From contig JAHZHA010000027.1 of NCBI GenBank assembly GCA_019420525.1, positions 38,050 through 102,049 on the forward strand: a stretch of 64,000 bases of DNA. The letters are read 5' to 3'. Positions 44,430-54,681 of the stretch are shown one piece after another. Below the pieces are notes generated by a model. It was not told where the DNA came from. It made no database searches and worked only from the letters and a program-made list of their open reading frames with translations. The stretch's first letter is position 1. Each line of letters begins with the position of its first letter. The DNA comes from Bacillota bacterium. Its GTDB lineage: Bacteria > Bacillota > Clostridia > Peptostreptococcales > Anaerovoracaceae. A program made the position numbers and the translations under genes.

Positions 44430-44505
44430 TGAAAAATCCATCTAAGGGGAGAATAGGAGACAAAAATCCCCCCATTTTGGGCTCTTTTTTGCCTCGTTAT
44501 TTTTT

Positions 44506-45786
44506 TCACTGAAATCGCTGTAAAGCGCAGAAATAAAAGCCGTCAGAGCTGTCAATATATGGAAGAAGCTGTTTTTCAAGCGCTATCGAAAAATTTTTAT
44601 TTTTTTTGAGAAACCGGTCGATCACACCCCTGTTTTCGATGTCCGACACGGTACATGTGCTATAGATCAGCGTTCCGTTTTCCCTGAGATACCCTGCAGA
44701 ATTTTCCAGGATTTTCAACTGAACTTCTGCCAGTTTTTCCATATCTTTCCTCTTGATTCTGAGTTTGATTTCCGGTTTTCTTCGTACGACTCCCAGACCG
44801 GAACAGGGAGCATCTACGATGACTTTATCCGCGATTTCCACAAAATTCTCGTTCCGTACGGTTCCGTCATTTTTCTGTGTTTCCAGTATCGTGACGCCCA
44901 GACGTTCCGCCGCTTTTTCGATGAGCTTCAGCTTGTGATCGTAAACATCGCAGGAAATGACGCGCCCGCGGTTCTCCATCCACTCTGCCGCCGCCAGAGA
45001 CTTCCCTCCGGGGGCGGCACAGACGTCCAGCACCGTCTCGCCGGGCTGCGGATTCAGAGCGCGGATCATTTCCATGGAGCTCACATCCTGAACAGAAAAG
45101 AGTCCGCTCTCCTGCGTCACGTCGCGGAGCACTCCTGTGCCTTTCAGTTCCAGCGCCATGCCGTCCAGAATAATTTCCGCCCCGAAACCTCTCGACCTCA
45201 GATCTTCCGCCAGAGTTTCCGCATCTGTCTTCAGCCGGTTCACCCGCACCGTCAGCGGAGGAGCTTCATTTCCGGCAGCCATCAGACGTTCCGCCTCATC
45301 CCTTCCGAACATGCGCATCCACAGTTCCGCGATATCTTCCGTATACGAATAACGCACCGCCAGCGCACTGGCCGGATCTTTCCCTTCATCGGGCATCGGG
45401 ACACCCTCTGAGCCGCGCTGATATGCCCTGAGAACGCCGTTTATGAATCCCTCCAGGCCACGGCATACCTTCTTTGCGATCTTCACCGTTTCGCTGATGG
45501 AGGCATAATCCGGAACTCCTCCGAGGAACTCCAGCTGATAAGCGCCCATACGCATCAGAATCAGCGCCTGAGGTCTGACTTTTTTCAGTCCGGAACGGAC
45601 GAAATGCGACAGTTTGTAATCCAGATAAATCTGATTCTCGATGACGCCGTAAACCAGCGTTCTGACGAATGCCTCATCATCGGGCGATCTCCTTTTCACC
45701 GCATCGTTGAGGGCGATATTCGAATAAGCGCCTTCTGTCTCCACCGCCATCAGCACTTCATAGGCCGTTCTTCTGTTATTGTCCAT
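44506..45786 (-). CDS. rsmB: 16S rRNA (cytosine967-C5)-methyltransferase
   Basis: NusB-like N-terminal domain plus SAM methyltransferase motifs (VLDVCAAPGGKS, DAPCSGLGV, TLIYSTCT). Confidence 0.8.
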   Translation of the reverse strand: MDNNRRTAYEVLMAVETEGAYSNIALNDAVKRRSPDDEAFVRTLVYGVIENQIYLDYKLSHFVRSGLKKVRPQALILMRMGAYQLEFLGGVPDYASISETVKIAKKVCRGLEGFINGVLRAYQRGSEGVPMPDEGKDPASALAVRYSYTEDIAELWMRMFGRDEAERLMAAGNEAPPLTVRVNRLKTDAETLAEDLRSRGFGAEIILDGMALELKGTGVLRDVTQESGLFSVQDVSSMEMIRALNPQPGETVLDVCAAPGGKSLAAAEWMENRGRVISCDVYDHKLKLIEKAAERLGVTILETQKNDGTVRNENFVEIADKVIVDAPCSGLGVVRRKPEIKLRIKRKDMEKLAEVQLKILENSAGYLRENGTLIYSTCTVSDIENRGVIDRFLKKNKNFSIALEKQLLPYIDSSDGFYFCALQRFQ

Positions 45787-46336
45787 ACAGTTCCTCCCTC
45801 AGCACAGCATAATACAGCAAATCGTCGTACGCGCCGTCCCGGTACCGGACAGCCTGGCGGAAGCGTCCTTCCAGCCGCATTCCGAGATTTTCCAGCAGCA
45901 TCCGGGCAGCCGCATTTTCCGAGCTGCACGAAGCGGAAATCCTGCGGAATCCCACTTCCTCGAACAGAAAAAAAAGCACTGCGCTCAGGGCTTCTTCCGC
46001 AAAGCCATGGCCCCAGAACCGGCTTCCTATGGTACATCCTATCTCGCAGCTTTCTGTCTCCTCACGGATGTGAAATGCATCTGCAGCGCCGATAAGCTCC
46101 CCGTCCAGCTGTACAGCCCATTCATAATAGGTGCGGGGATTCCTCTGATAATTCAGAAGATGAAGCTTCAGGAGTTCTTCCGCCATTGCCGCACTGCGGT
46201 ACGTGTCCCAGGATACATATTCCGTCACTCTGGGATCTCCCAGAAAATTATAATACATCGGTTTCCCGTCTCCCGGGCGGAACGGGCGCAGCAGAAGGCG
46301 CTCTGTCCGAATATATTGTGTTCCGAGATGATTCAT
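45776..46336 (-). CDS. GNAT-family N-acetyltransferase (RimL/RimJ-like)
   Basis: RLLLRPFRPGD... and the acetyl-CoA-binding region (..GFRRISASCSSENAAARMLLENLGM). Overlaps the rsmB start by 11 nt. Confidence 0.65.
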   Translation of the reverse strand: MNHLGTQYIRTERLLLRPFRPGDGKPMYYNFLGDPRVTEYVSWDTYRSAAMAEELLKLHLLNYQRNPRTYYEWAVQLDGELIGAADAFHIREETESCEIGCTIGSRFWGHGFAEEALSAVLFFLFEEVGFRRISASCSSENAAARMLLENLGMRLEGRFRQAVRYRDGAYDDLLYYAVLREELYGQ

Positions 46337-46420
46337 TTTTCGTCTGCCTTTTCCTCCTGTCCGCTCTGCCCGTCCCGGTCGCTTTCCGTTTTCTCTCTTT
46401 CCCGTCCGCGCTGCAGGCTC

Positions 46421-47455
46421 TTACAGCTCTGCGATATCGCGGATCAGAGTTTCCACATCTTCCTCCGGCGTACTCCAGCTGGTACAGAAGCGGATGCAGG
46501 AATGATTTTCGTCTATCTTTCCTTCGTATTCAAAAATGTATTTTTCCGCAAGTTTTTCGGCGACACTGTTTTCCGCCGCGATAAACTGCTGATTCGTAGG
46601 ACTCTCGATGTAAAACGGGATGCCCTTTTCCCTGAAGGCTCTCCGGATCTTCATGGCAGCTTCGTCCGCCTTCTTCGTGATCCTGAAATAGAGTCCGTCA
46701 TGAAACAGCGCATAAAACTGAAGTCCCAGCAGCCATCCCTTGGCCAGCATGCCGCCGTTCTGCTTGATATAGCTCCGGAAATCGGTCTTCAGTGCGGGAT
46801 TCGTGATCACCACGGCCTCTCCGAAAAGCGCTCCGCACTTCGTGCCGCCGCAGTAAAAAACGTCCGTCAGCCGGGCGATATCTTCCATCGTTACATCGGC
46901 TTCCTCCGAGCCGAGACCATATCCCAGCCGCGCACCGTCCAGGAACAGGAACAGTCCGTACTCCCTGCACACGCCGCTGAGAGCCTCCAGCTCCGCCTTC
47001 GAGTAAATCGTACCGTATTCCGTAGGAAAAGAGATGTAGACCATTTTCGGCTGGGTGATGTGTTCCCGGATGCCGCTCTCCAGATAGAGCTGCGCCTGCT
47101 CTCTCACCTGATCTGCCGTAATCTTTCCTTCATAGGAAGGCAGCGCGATGATTTTATGCCCCGTATTTTCCACGGCGCCTGTCTCGTGTCCCTGAATATG
47201 TCCGGTATCCGCGCTGATGACACACTGATACGGCCGGAGAGCCGCGGCGATCACCGTGAAGTTTGCCTGGGTGCCTCCTGTGAGAAAATGGATATCCGCG
47301 TCAGCCTGTCCCAGATATTTCCCGATCTCGTCCGCCGCTCTTTCGCACCAGATATCGAGTCCGTAACCGCCGTAACTCTCTTCGTTTGTCTTTATCAGTG
47401 CATCCAGAACTTCCGGATGCGCACCTCTGTTGTAGTCATTGTTGAATCTGATCAT
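46421..47455 (-). CDS. ltaE: Threonine aldolase-family PLP enzyme (low-specificity L-threonine aldolase-like)
   Basis: MIRFNNDYNRGAHPEVLDAL... N-terminus and a fold-type I PLP Lys region (YCGGTKCG) typical of the beta-eliminating lyase / threonine aldolase family. Confidence 0.65.
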   Translation of the reverse strand: MIRFNNDYNRGAHPEVLDALIKTNEESYGGYGLDIWCERAADEIGKYLGQADADIHFLTGGTQANFTVIAAALRPYQCVISADTGHIQGHETGAVENTGHKIIALPSYEGKITADQVREQAQLYLESGIREHITQPKMVYISFPTEYGTIYSKAELEALSGVCREYGLFLFLDGARLGYGLGSEEADVTMEDIARLTDVFYCGGTKCGALFGEAVVITNPALKTDFRSYIKQNGGMLAKGWLLGLQFYALFHDGLYFRITKKADEAAMKIRRAFREKGIPFYIESPTNQQFIAAENSVAEKLAEKYIFEYEGKIDENHSCIRFCTSWSTPEEDVETLIRDIAEL

Positions 47456-47616
47456 GTTTCTATCCTTGCATATTCCGTTTTTTCCGATTTTCGGCTGCGG
47501 ACGGACGGTCTTTCCGCGCTTTCCGCTTCCTTTGACGATAATATCATTTTATTGACAACAGTATTATTCTATCTCCGGCACGCCGTTTTGAAAAGGAAAT
47601 TTCCGGTTTTCCCCAT

Positions 47617-47648
47617 GAAAAAAGTACGGCGTTATATTCCGCCGTACT
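47617..47648 (-). terminator. Intrinsic terminator after the zinc metallopeptidase gene
   Basis: AGTACGGCG-TTATATT-CGCCGTACT, followed on the minus strand by TTTTTT. Confidence 0.5.
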
Positions 47649-47692
47649 GTTCTGTTCTGCAGGTTTACTTTTCCGCTCCCGATTTGAAGCCG

Positions 47693-48385
47693 CTATTCAT
47701 TGTTGTTTCTCAGCAGGAAGAGTCTCAGCAAGTTTGCCACCGCCACCGCTGCCGCCGCGATGTACGTCAGGGCTGCGGCTCCCAGCATTCTTTTCGCCTG
47801 TCTCTGTTCTTCCCCGGCAGATATGATTCCCAGACTATTCAGCTGCTGAATGGCCCGACTGCTGGCATTGAGTTCCACTGGCAGAGTGATCAGCTGAAAC
47901 AGCACCGCTACCGCGTACAGAATAATGGCAATATCGAAAATCATCGTACCGGTGGCCGAACCGATCAGTAGACCGATAATGGCCAGAGGCCAGGCCATAT
48001 TTGACGCGATGTTCACAACAGGAACGAGGCTATTGCGGATCGCCAGCGCTTTATAGCCTTCCGCATGCTGGATGGCATGGCCGATTTCGTGAGCCGCCAC
48101 ACTGACAGACGCGATAGAAGTTCCGCCGTAAATGCCGTCCGACAGTCTGACCACACCCGTGCGGGGATCGTAATGGTCGGTGAGTTCGCCTCCCGTTCTC
48201 TCGATCACGATGTGCCGCAGACCGTTGGCGTCGAGAATCCTCCGGGCTGTTTCATAGCCCGTTATGCCGCGGCTGTTTGCACACTGCGAAAATCTCCGGT
48301 AAGCGTTTTTCACTCTGAACTGGGCGTAAAAAGCCAGGATAATTGCAGGGATCAGCAGCAGCATCGTCCAATCAAAGTATATCAT
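47693..48385 (-). CDS. Membrane zinc metallopeptidase (Zn_peptidase_2 / YpmA-like family)
   Basis: HEIGHAIQH (HExxH) plus TM helices at both ends. Confidence 0.6.
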   Translation of the reverse strand: MIYFDWTMLLLIPAIILAFYAQFRVKNAYRRFSQCANSRGITGYETARRILDANGLRHIVIERTGGELTDHYDPRTGVVRLSDGIYGGTSIASVSVAAHEIGHAIQHAEGYKALAIRNSLVPVVNIASNMAWPLAIIGLLIGSATGTMIFDIAIILYAVAVLFQLITLPVELNASSRAIQQLNSLGIISAGEEQRQAKRMLGAAALTYIAAAAVAVANLLRLFLLRNNNE

Positions 48386-48559
48386 CTCTAATTAACTCCT
48401 TTAACATACAGGCAGATACCGTCCGGCTCTGTCTTTGAGCGATTTGTCTCTGTGCGTCCTTCCGGGCAGAAAGGACCGTCGGCCGCCGGACCGTTATCCG
48501 CGAAATAAAAAATATAAAATATAATGTATTTTCCCCGGAACCGGTCATTCAAAACAACA

Positions 48560-49502
48560 TTATCTCAAAATAATTCCTTTTTCGATTTTATTTCCCCGCA
48601 GATAATCCTCCGCCGACATCGCTCTCTTTCCCGGCATCTGAAGTTTTGTGATCAGAAGGATTCCCTCGCCACAGGCTACCCGAAGGCCTTCCCTGTCTGC
48701 GGAAAGAATCGTCCCCGGCTCCGCATCCGACGTCTCCGGGATAATCTCCGCCGCTTTGATCTTCATTGGGCTGCCCTCAAAATCCGCCGTCACGCCCGGC
48801 CAGGAACCCATTCCCCTCACAAGGCGCTCGATCCGGTCCGCACTCTGGGAAAAATCGACTCTTCCCTCTTCCTTTGTCAGCATCGGCGCATAACAGGACA
48901 GAGAATCATCCTGTTTTTCCGGCGCGATATCGCCCGACGCGATTTTCGGCAGATATTCCATCAGAAGATCTGCTCCCATCTGAGAGAGTTCGTCGTGAAG
49001 CTGATCGGCATCTTTTCTTCCGATCTCCGTGGCTGACTTTGCGATCATGTCTCCGGTGTCCAGCCCTTCCTCCATATACATCAGCGTAACGCCGGTTTCC
49101 CGGTCGCCTTCGATGATACTCCGCTGAATCGGAGCTGCGCCCCGGAAGCGCGGCAGAAGCGATGCGTGAATATTGATGCAACGCAGACGCGGAATTTCCA
49201 GCAATTCTTTCGGCAGGATCTTTCCATAAGCGGCCACGATGATGAGATCCGGAGCCAGCTGTCTGATGCGGTCCAGAAATTCATCGTTGTTTTTCACCCG
49301 TTCCGGCTGTGCCACTTCGATGCCGTACTCAAGCGCTGCCGCTTTCACCGGCGTAAATTGTACTTTTTTTCCCCGGTCACGTGCCTTGTCCGGCTGTGTC
49401 ACCGCGAGAATCACGTCATATCCGCCTTCCGCCATGGCTCTCAGTGGAGGCACGGCGAATTCCGGCGTTCCCATAAAAATAATACGCAGTTTTTCTTTCA
49501 TT
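48560..49502 (-). CDS. fmt: Methionyl-tRNA formyltransferase
   Basis: Start [18 protein letters not shown] at 49502; the ATG overlaps the def stop (TAATG). Motifs NIHASLLPRFRGAAPI. The ORF-track start at 49699 is over-extended into def. Confidence 0.85.
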
Positions 49503-49959
49503 ATTCTTCGTTCTCCCATACCTGCTGTGCTCTGTCTATGTAAAGAATTCCGTCCAGGTGATCGATTTCGTGACAGAAAGCCCGTGCCAGCAGTTCGGTT
49601 CCTTCGTAGGTCACCTCTTCGCCCCTGCGGTCGAGAGCCTTTACTTTCACACGGGCAGGTCTCACGACTTCTCCGTATTTTCCCGGAATGCTGAGACATC
49701 CTTCGCTGTCGCTGATTTCGCCTTCCGTCTCAGTGATTTCCGGATTGATCAGCTCGATCAGTCCCTCTCCTATGTCGATGACGACGATTCTCCGAAGGAT
49801 TCCCACCTGAGGTGCAGCCAGACCCACGCCGCCAGAATCGTACAGTGTCTCCGCCATATCGTCAAGAATCGTCAGAATCCTGTCATCAATCTTGTCTACC
49901 GGTCTGCACTTCTTTCTGAGTACCTCGTCGCCTTCTTTTACGATATTTCTCAATGCCAT
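49501..49959 (-). CDS. def: Peptide deformylase
   Basis: Motifs [13 protein letters not shown] and HEIDHL. Confidence 0.9.
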   Translation of the reverse strand: MALRNIVKEGDEVLRKKCRPVDKIDDRILTILDDMAETLYDSGGVGLAAPQVGILRRIVVIDIGEGLIELINPEITETEGEISDSEGCLSIPGKYGEVVRPARVKVKALDRRGEEVTYEGTELLARAFCHEIDHLDGILYIDRAQQVWENEE

Positions 49960-50148
49960 ATCTCTCTCCTCGTTTTCCTTTCCTGACTCCGTTTTTTCCG
50001 GTTTTATCCGGTTACAGCCATATCAGATATCCGCGCCTGCCGTATGTTTTTCGTCTCCAGAACCCCGGTACCTCGGCGTTTCCCGTTAAAGACGCTCCAT
50101 TATTCTGCCGGCGATACACCGCTGGACAAAAAATAGCATACGCGCAGT

Positions 50149-52170
50149 CTACGTCATACTATACGGATCGACCTCCACCAGCATGACGGATTTCGTCCTG
50201 CTGTTTTCCGTTCTCTCCTGTTTGATTTCTGAGATTATTTTAAGATATTTTTCCGTTTTTTCCAACGGACTTTTTATCATAAACTGGTATCTGTAATTTT
50301 CGTTCATTTTATTCAGATAAGCCGGCTGAGGTGCGAACAACTCCCTCTGCTGCACCCCGGGGCTCTCCTTGACCCTGAAAAAAGCTTCCTGTGCTTCCCT
50401 GCGGGCCACGGCTTCATCCTTATCGTAGAATATCAGACGGATGATATTCGTAAAAGGAGGATAGCCCGCCAGATTCCGGATCATCAGTTCCCGCCGGTAA
50501 AAGCCCTCATAATCGCCTGCTGCCGCGCAGCGTATGGCATTTTCCTCCGGAGAATACGTCTGAATCACCACATCTCCGGGTTCGTCTCCCCGGCCGCAGC
50601 GTCCCGCTGCCTGGGTGATCAGCTGAAACGTCCGCTCCGACGAACGGAAATCGGGAATATTCAGCGTCACATCGGCGGCTATGATCCCCACGACTCCCAC
50701 ATTCTGAAAGTCGAGTCCTTTGGCTACCAGCTGCGTTCCCACTAGAATATCCGTCTTGCCCCGGTGAAAAGTGTTGAGAATCCGCTGCGCGTCTCCCTTT
50801 TTTTTCGCCGTATCCAGATCGAGACGGGCGATTCTCCGGCCGGGAAAGGCTTCCGCGGCGAGTTCTTCCACCTGCTCAGTACCGATCCCGAAATGCCGGA
50901 TGTGCCGGCTGCCGCAGGAAGGACAGATCTCCGGCACCTTCGTTCTCCGGCCGCAGTAGTGGCATTCCGCCATGCTGCTGGATTTGTGGTACGTCATGGA
51001 AATCCCGCACGTTTCACACCTGAGGACGAAGCCGCAGTTCCGGCACGATATAAAGGAAGAATAACCTCTCCGGTTGAGGAAAAATATCACCTGTCTTCCC
51101 TCATCCAGAGCTCTCACCGATTTTTCGTACAGTGCCCTGCTGAAGATGCTCCTGTTTCCCTCCCGGAGTTCTCTCCGCATATCGGCGATCTCCACCCGGG
51201 GCAGCGGTGTCTTATTGTACCGCACCGTCAGGCGCAGTTCCTGATACCGGCCGGCGGAAGCCCGGAATTCCGATACCACCGACGGCGTCGCCGTGCCGAG
51301 AATTACCACCGCCGAGTCGAGTTCCCCCCGTTTCACGGCGGCATCCACCGCATCGTATTTCGGCGTCATATCCGATTTATAGGAGGCTTCGTGCTCTTCG
51401 TCCACGATGATCGCCCCGAGATCGGAAAAAGGCGCAAATACGCCCAGACGGGCTCCGATGAGGATTTTTGCCTGGCCTCTCCGGACCTTCAGCCACTGCT
51501 CCCAGCGCTGCGCTTTCGTCAGTTTGCTGTGCAGCACTGCTACATTTTCGGAACCGAACCGGCTGATGAAGCGTTCGATAGTCTGAGGCGTCAGAGAGAT
51601 CTCCGGCACCAGAACAATAGATGACTTTCCTTTTTCCATCACGGCCTGAACCGTCCTCAGATAGATCTCCGTCTTCCCACTGCTGGTGACGCCATTTAAG
51701 AGAAAAGTCCTGTGAACACCGACGTTCACACGGGGCAGGATCTGTTCCATCACCGCTTTCTGCTCCTCTGTCAGTTCAGGAGGCTCTGACGGCTGGACCA
51801 CAAGGCTTTCATAGGGGTCCTTTCGCGTTCCTCTGCTGCCTTTTTCTCCCGGCGGAATCATGCATTTTACCGCGTCGATGTAGCGGCAGAGATAAGTGTC
51901 TCTCATCCACCGACAGAGATGCACCAGATCTTCCGGCAGGGAAACGTCTTCGTCTGCGCTCGCCACCTCCTTGATTTTCGATCTCTCGATTTCAAGAGCT
52001 GCCTCTTCCTCCAGCACCTCAAAGACATATGCGTTCTTCAGCCGGTTGCCTTTCCCGAAAGGTACGAGAACCCGGCAACCCGGAGCCACATGTTCAAAGC
52101 TGCAGGCATAAGTATATAGAGTATCCGTATGATTGCTGGTATTATCGATGACGACTTTCACATATTTCAT
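50149..52170 (-). CDS. priA: Primosomal protein N' (replication restart helicase)
   Basis: Walker A GVTSSGKTE, a DEEH box and the Cys-rich zinc-binding region (CRNCGFVLRCETCG...CHYCG...CPSCG). Confidence 0.85.
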   Translation of the reverse strand: MKYVKVVIDNTSNHTDTLYTYACSFEHVAPGCRVLVPFGKGNRLKNAYVFEVLEEEAALEIERSKIKEVASADEDVSLPEDLVHLCRWMRDTYLCRYIDAVKCMIPPGEKGSRGTRKDPYESLVVQPSEPPELTEEQKAVMEQILPRVNVGVHRTFLLNGVTSSGKTEIYLRTVQAVMEKGKSSIVLVPEISLTPQTIERFISRFGSENVAVLHSKLTKAQRWEQWLKVRRGQAKILIGARLGVFAPFSDLGAIIVDEEHEASYKSDMTPKYDAVDAAVKRGELDSAVVILGTATPSVVSEFRASAGRYQELRLTVRYNKTPLPRVEIADMRRELREGNRSIFSRALYEKSVRALDEGRQVIFFLNRRGYSSFISCRNCGFVLRCETCGISMTYHKSSSMAECHYCGRRTKVPEICPSCGSRHIRHFGIGTEQVEELAAEAFPGRRIARLDLDTAKKKGDAQRILNTFHRGKTDILVGTQLVAKGLDFQNVGVVGIIAADVTLNIPDFRSSERTFQLITQAAGRCGRGDEPGDVVIQTYSPEENAIRCAAAGDYEGFYRRELMIRNLAGYPPFTNIIRLIFYDKDEAVARREAQEAFFRVKESPGVQQRELFAPQPAYLNKMNENYRYQFMIKSPLEKTEKYLKIISEIKQERTENSRTKSVMLVEVDPYSMT

Positions 52171-52215
52171 CTGCCCGTTCCCCGTATCCGTTTTCTTTCC
52201 GCCGGCAGAAAAAGC

Positions 52216-52890
52216 TCAGCTCCGCTGTGAAAAGACGCAGCCGCAGTAATTCTGCCGGTAAATACCGTATTCTTTCGACAGTTCCACCGATCTGCGGAAC
52301 CCGTCCTTTTTCTTGAAACTCTCATCGAGAAATGCAGGTACCGTATGTTTTTCCAGTTCATAACCCACTGCGTTGATCCGTTCTGTCTTTTTATGAGGAC
52401 TGACAGACAGCGTCGTGGCAAATTCATCAAACTGTCCGTTTTCCGCCGCTTCTGCCGTCTTTTCCAGCCGCAGCCGGAAACATACGTCACACCGCGCCCC
52501 GTTTTCCGGCTCGGATTCCAGTCCTTTCACAGCGTCAAAAAAACGTTCCGGGTCGTACGGCCCCTCGACAAACCGGACAGCATCCTCCGGATCTCTTCCC
52601 CGGTTGAATTTTTCGATCACCTGAAGCTGCGCCTCAAGACGCCGGCCGTATTCCTCCGGATCGGTAATGTTCGGATTATAAAAATAGACCGTCACCCGGT
52701 ACCTCTCCGCCAGCCGTTCGATCACCGCCGTGCTGCACGGTCCGCAGCAGCTGTGAAGCAGCATATCCGTTCTTCTCTCTTTCTCTCTTTCCGCTTTCAT
52801 TTCTTTTTTCTCTGTATCTCTCATCTCCATATGATATCTCATCCTGTCTTCTGTCATACTTTTCTTTTCACTTCCGGATGCGTTCTGCAT
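52216..52890 (-). CDS. queH: Epoxyqueuosine reductase QueH (DUF208)
   Basis: LLHSCCGPCS signature and C-terminal CGC. The true start is probably internal (around 52764-52800): a basic low-complexity N-terminal 30-40 aa precedes the conserved core. Confidence 0.65.
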   Translation of the reverse strand: MQNASGSEKKSMTEDRMRYHMEMRDTEKKEMKAEREKERRTDMLLHSCCGPCSTAVIERLAERYRVTVYFYNPNITDPEEYGRRLEAQLQVIEKFNRGRDPEDAVRFVEGPYDPERFFDAVKGLESEPENGARCDVCFRLRLEKTAEAAENGQFDEFATTLSVSPHKKTERINAVGYELEKHTVPAFLDESFKKKDGFRRSVELSKEYGIYRQNYCGCVFSQRS

Positions 52891-53057
52891 CTTCCGCCTT
52901 CCCCGCGAAAGTCCGTCGGCATCCCGTTTTTCCTGTTTTCAATCCGGTTCGTTTTTATGTATAATCAGAATGGAAAGCTCCCGGAAAAGGAGCCATATCA
53001 GTATAACACGAAAGCACTTTTTGTGAAATAGAGGGGAAGCAGCAGGAGTACATCGTA

Positions 53058-54050
53058 ATGTTCAAAAATGGCGCATATTACAACGGAATCGGCCCTTATC
53101 TGAAAGAAAAATTCGGCATGCGGATCGCAAAGGTCTCTGTAGACGGAGGATTTACCTGCCCCAACCGGGACGGCACCACAGGCTTCGGCGGATGCATTTT
53201 CTGCTCGGAATCGGGCTCCGGTGATTTTGCCGGTACCCGGATTCTCGGACCGGAAACAGCGGCAGACGGCCGGTCCCGTTTTACCGGCTCCGCGGAAAAT
53301 CTCCGGCCGGTCCCTCCTGTCGCAGCTCAGATGGAGGCGCAGATCGGCGCGCTCCGGAAAAAATGGGGTGATTTCCGCTGTATCGCATATTTCCAGAATT
53401 TTACAAATACGTATGCTCCGGTTCCGGCGCTGAAAGAACGCTTTGAAGCAGCGCTAGAGCACCCGCTCTGCGCGGGACTTGCGGTAGCCACCCGCCCGGA
53501 CTGCCTCGGAGACGACGTCCTGGATTATCTTTCAGAGCTGAATGAGAGGACGTTTCTCTGGGTGGAACTGGGCCTCCAGACTGCCGACGAAGATTCCGCC
53601 CGGTACATCCGCCGCGGCTATCCCTTCTCTGTCTATGAAGAGGCCGTAAAAAAGCTTTCGCACAGAGGAATCCCCGCCGTGACCCATCTGATCGCCGGAC
53701 TGCCGGGCGAAGACAGAGACACATTTCTCCGCAGCGTGAGCCGCACCGTCTCCGGCGGCATCTTCGGCATCAAGCTTCAGCTGCTTCACATCATGAAATC
53801 CACGGATCTCGGCGGCCTCTGGCAGAAGAATCCGGCCGCTGTTCCGGTTCTGGAAAAGGAAGAATACATCTCCCTGATCGCCGATGCACTGGAAATCATC
53901 CCGCCGCAGATCACAATTCACAGACTGACGGGAGACGCGCCGAAAGACCTGCTTCTGGCCCCCCTGTGGAGCCGTGACAAAAAATCAGTCCTCAACGGAA
54001 TCAATATGGAACTCAAAAAACGCGGCTCCTGTCAGGGCAGCCGCGTCTGA
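53058..54050 (+). CDS. TIGR01212-family radical SAM protein (YhcC-like)
   Basis: CPNRDGTTGFGGCIFCS cysteine motif characteristic of this family; elp3-like TIM barrel. Confidence 0.65.
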   Translation: MFKNGAYYNGIGPYLKEKFGMRIAKVSVDGGFTCPNRDGTTGFGGCIFCSESGSGDFAGTRILGPETAADGRSRFTGSAENLRPVPPVAAQMEAQIGALRKKWGDFRCIAYFQNFTNTYAPVPALKERFEAALEHPLCAGLAVATRPDCLGDDVLDYLSELNERTFLWVELGLQTADEDSARYIRRGYPFSVYEEAVKKLSHRGIPAVTHLIAGLPGEDRDTFLRSVSRTVSGGIFGIKLQLLHIMKSTDLGGLWQKNPAAVPVLEKEEYISLIADALEIIPPQITIHRLTGDAPKDLLLAPLWSRDKKSVLNGINMELKKRGSCQGSRV

Positions 54051-54062
54051 TTCCTTCCCTTT

Positions 54063-54647
54063 TTACTTGTCTCCGTTGATCCTTCCGTCGTTGTAATGTT
54101 TCCGGCACAGAGAGACATACATTTCGTTTCCGCCGATCTCGATCTGCTCGCCCGTGCGCACGAACCTGCCGTCCACGATGCGTGCCACCATATTTGCCTT
54201 TCTTCCGCACCAGCAGATCGTCTTGATTTCCTCGATCTTGTCGGCATAGACCAGCAGATAATAAGATCCTTCAAACAGCTCGTTGCGAAAATCATTTTTC
54301 AGCCCGTAGCACATTACAGGACATTCACAGCTGTCGACGATTTCCACCAGTTCCTCCACATGATGCTTTTTCAGAAACTGCGCCTCATCGATGAGTACGC
54401 AGGAGATCTCCTTCTCCCGGCTGACTTCCATGAAAATTTCCAGAATATTCGTGTCGTCATAAACGGGAATCGCCGGCCGTGACAGTCCGATGCGCGAACG
54501 CACCACCCCCGTGCCGTACCTGTCATCGAGACCGGAAGTCAGCACCAGGACTTCCTTCCCCCGCTCCTCATAATTGTACGCCACTTTGATCAGCTCGATG
54601 CTCTTTCCCGCATTCATCGTGCTGTACCGAAAAAATAACTGGGCCAT
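54063..54647 (-). CDS. tdk: Thymidine kinase
   Basis: P-loop [12 protein letters not shown] and a zinc ribbon (CWCG...C..H). Confidence 0.85.
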   Translation of the reverse strand: MAQLFFRYSTMNAGKSIELIKVAYNYEERGKEVLVLTSGLDDRYGTGVVRSRIGLSRPAIPVYDDTNILEIFMEVSREKEISCVLIDEAQFLKKHHVEELVEIVDSCECPVMCYGLKNDFRNELFEGSYYLLVYADKIEEIKTICWCGRKANMVARIVDGRFVRTGEQIEIGGNEMYVSLCRKHYNDGRINGDK

Positions 54648-54681
54648 CTGTCCTCACCTCCGCACGGAACATCGTCCGTTA

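Noticed and set aside
45779-47971. 730-aa plus-strand ORF
   Set aside because: It is antisense to three minus-strand genes with clear family motifs (GNAT, threonine aldolase, HExxH peptidase). Its translation is low-complexity Arg/Ser/Pro-rich, as expected for the reverse frame of GC-rich coding DNA.
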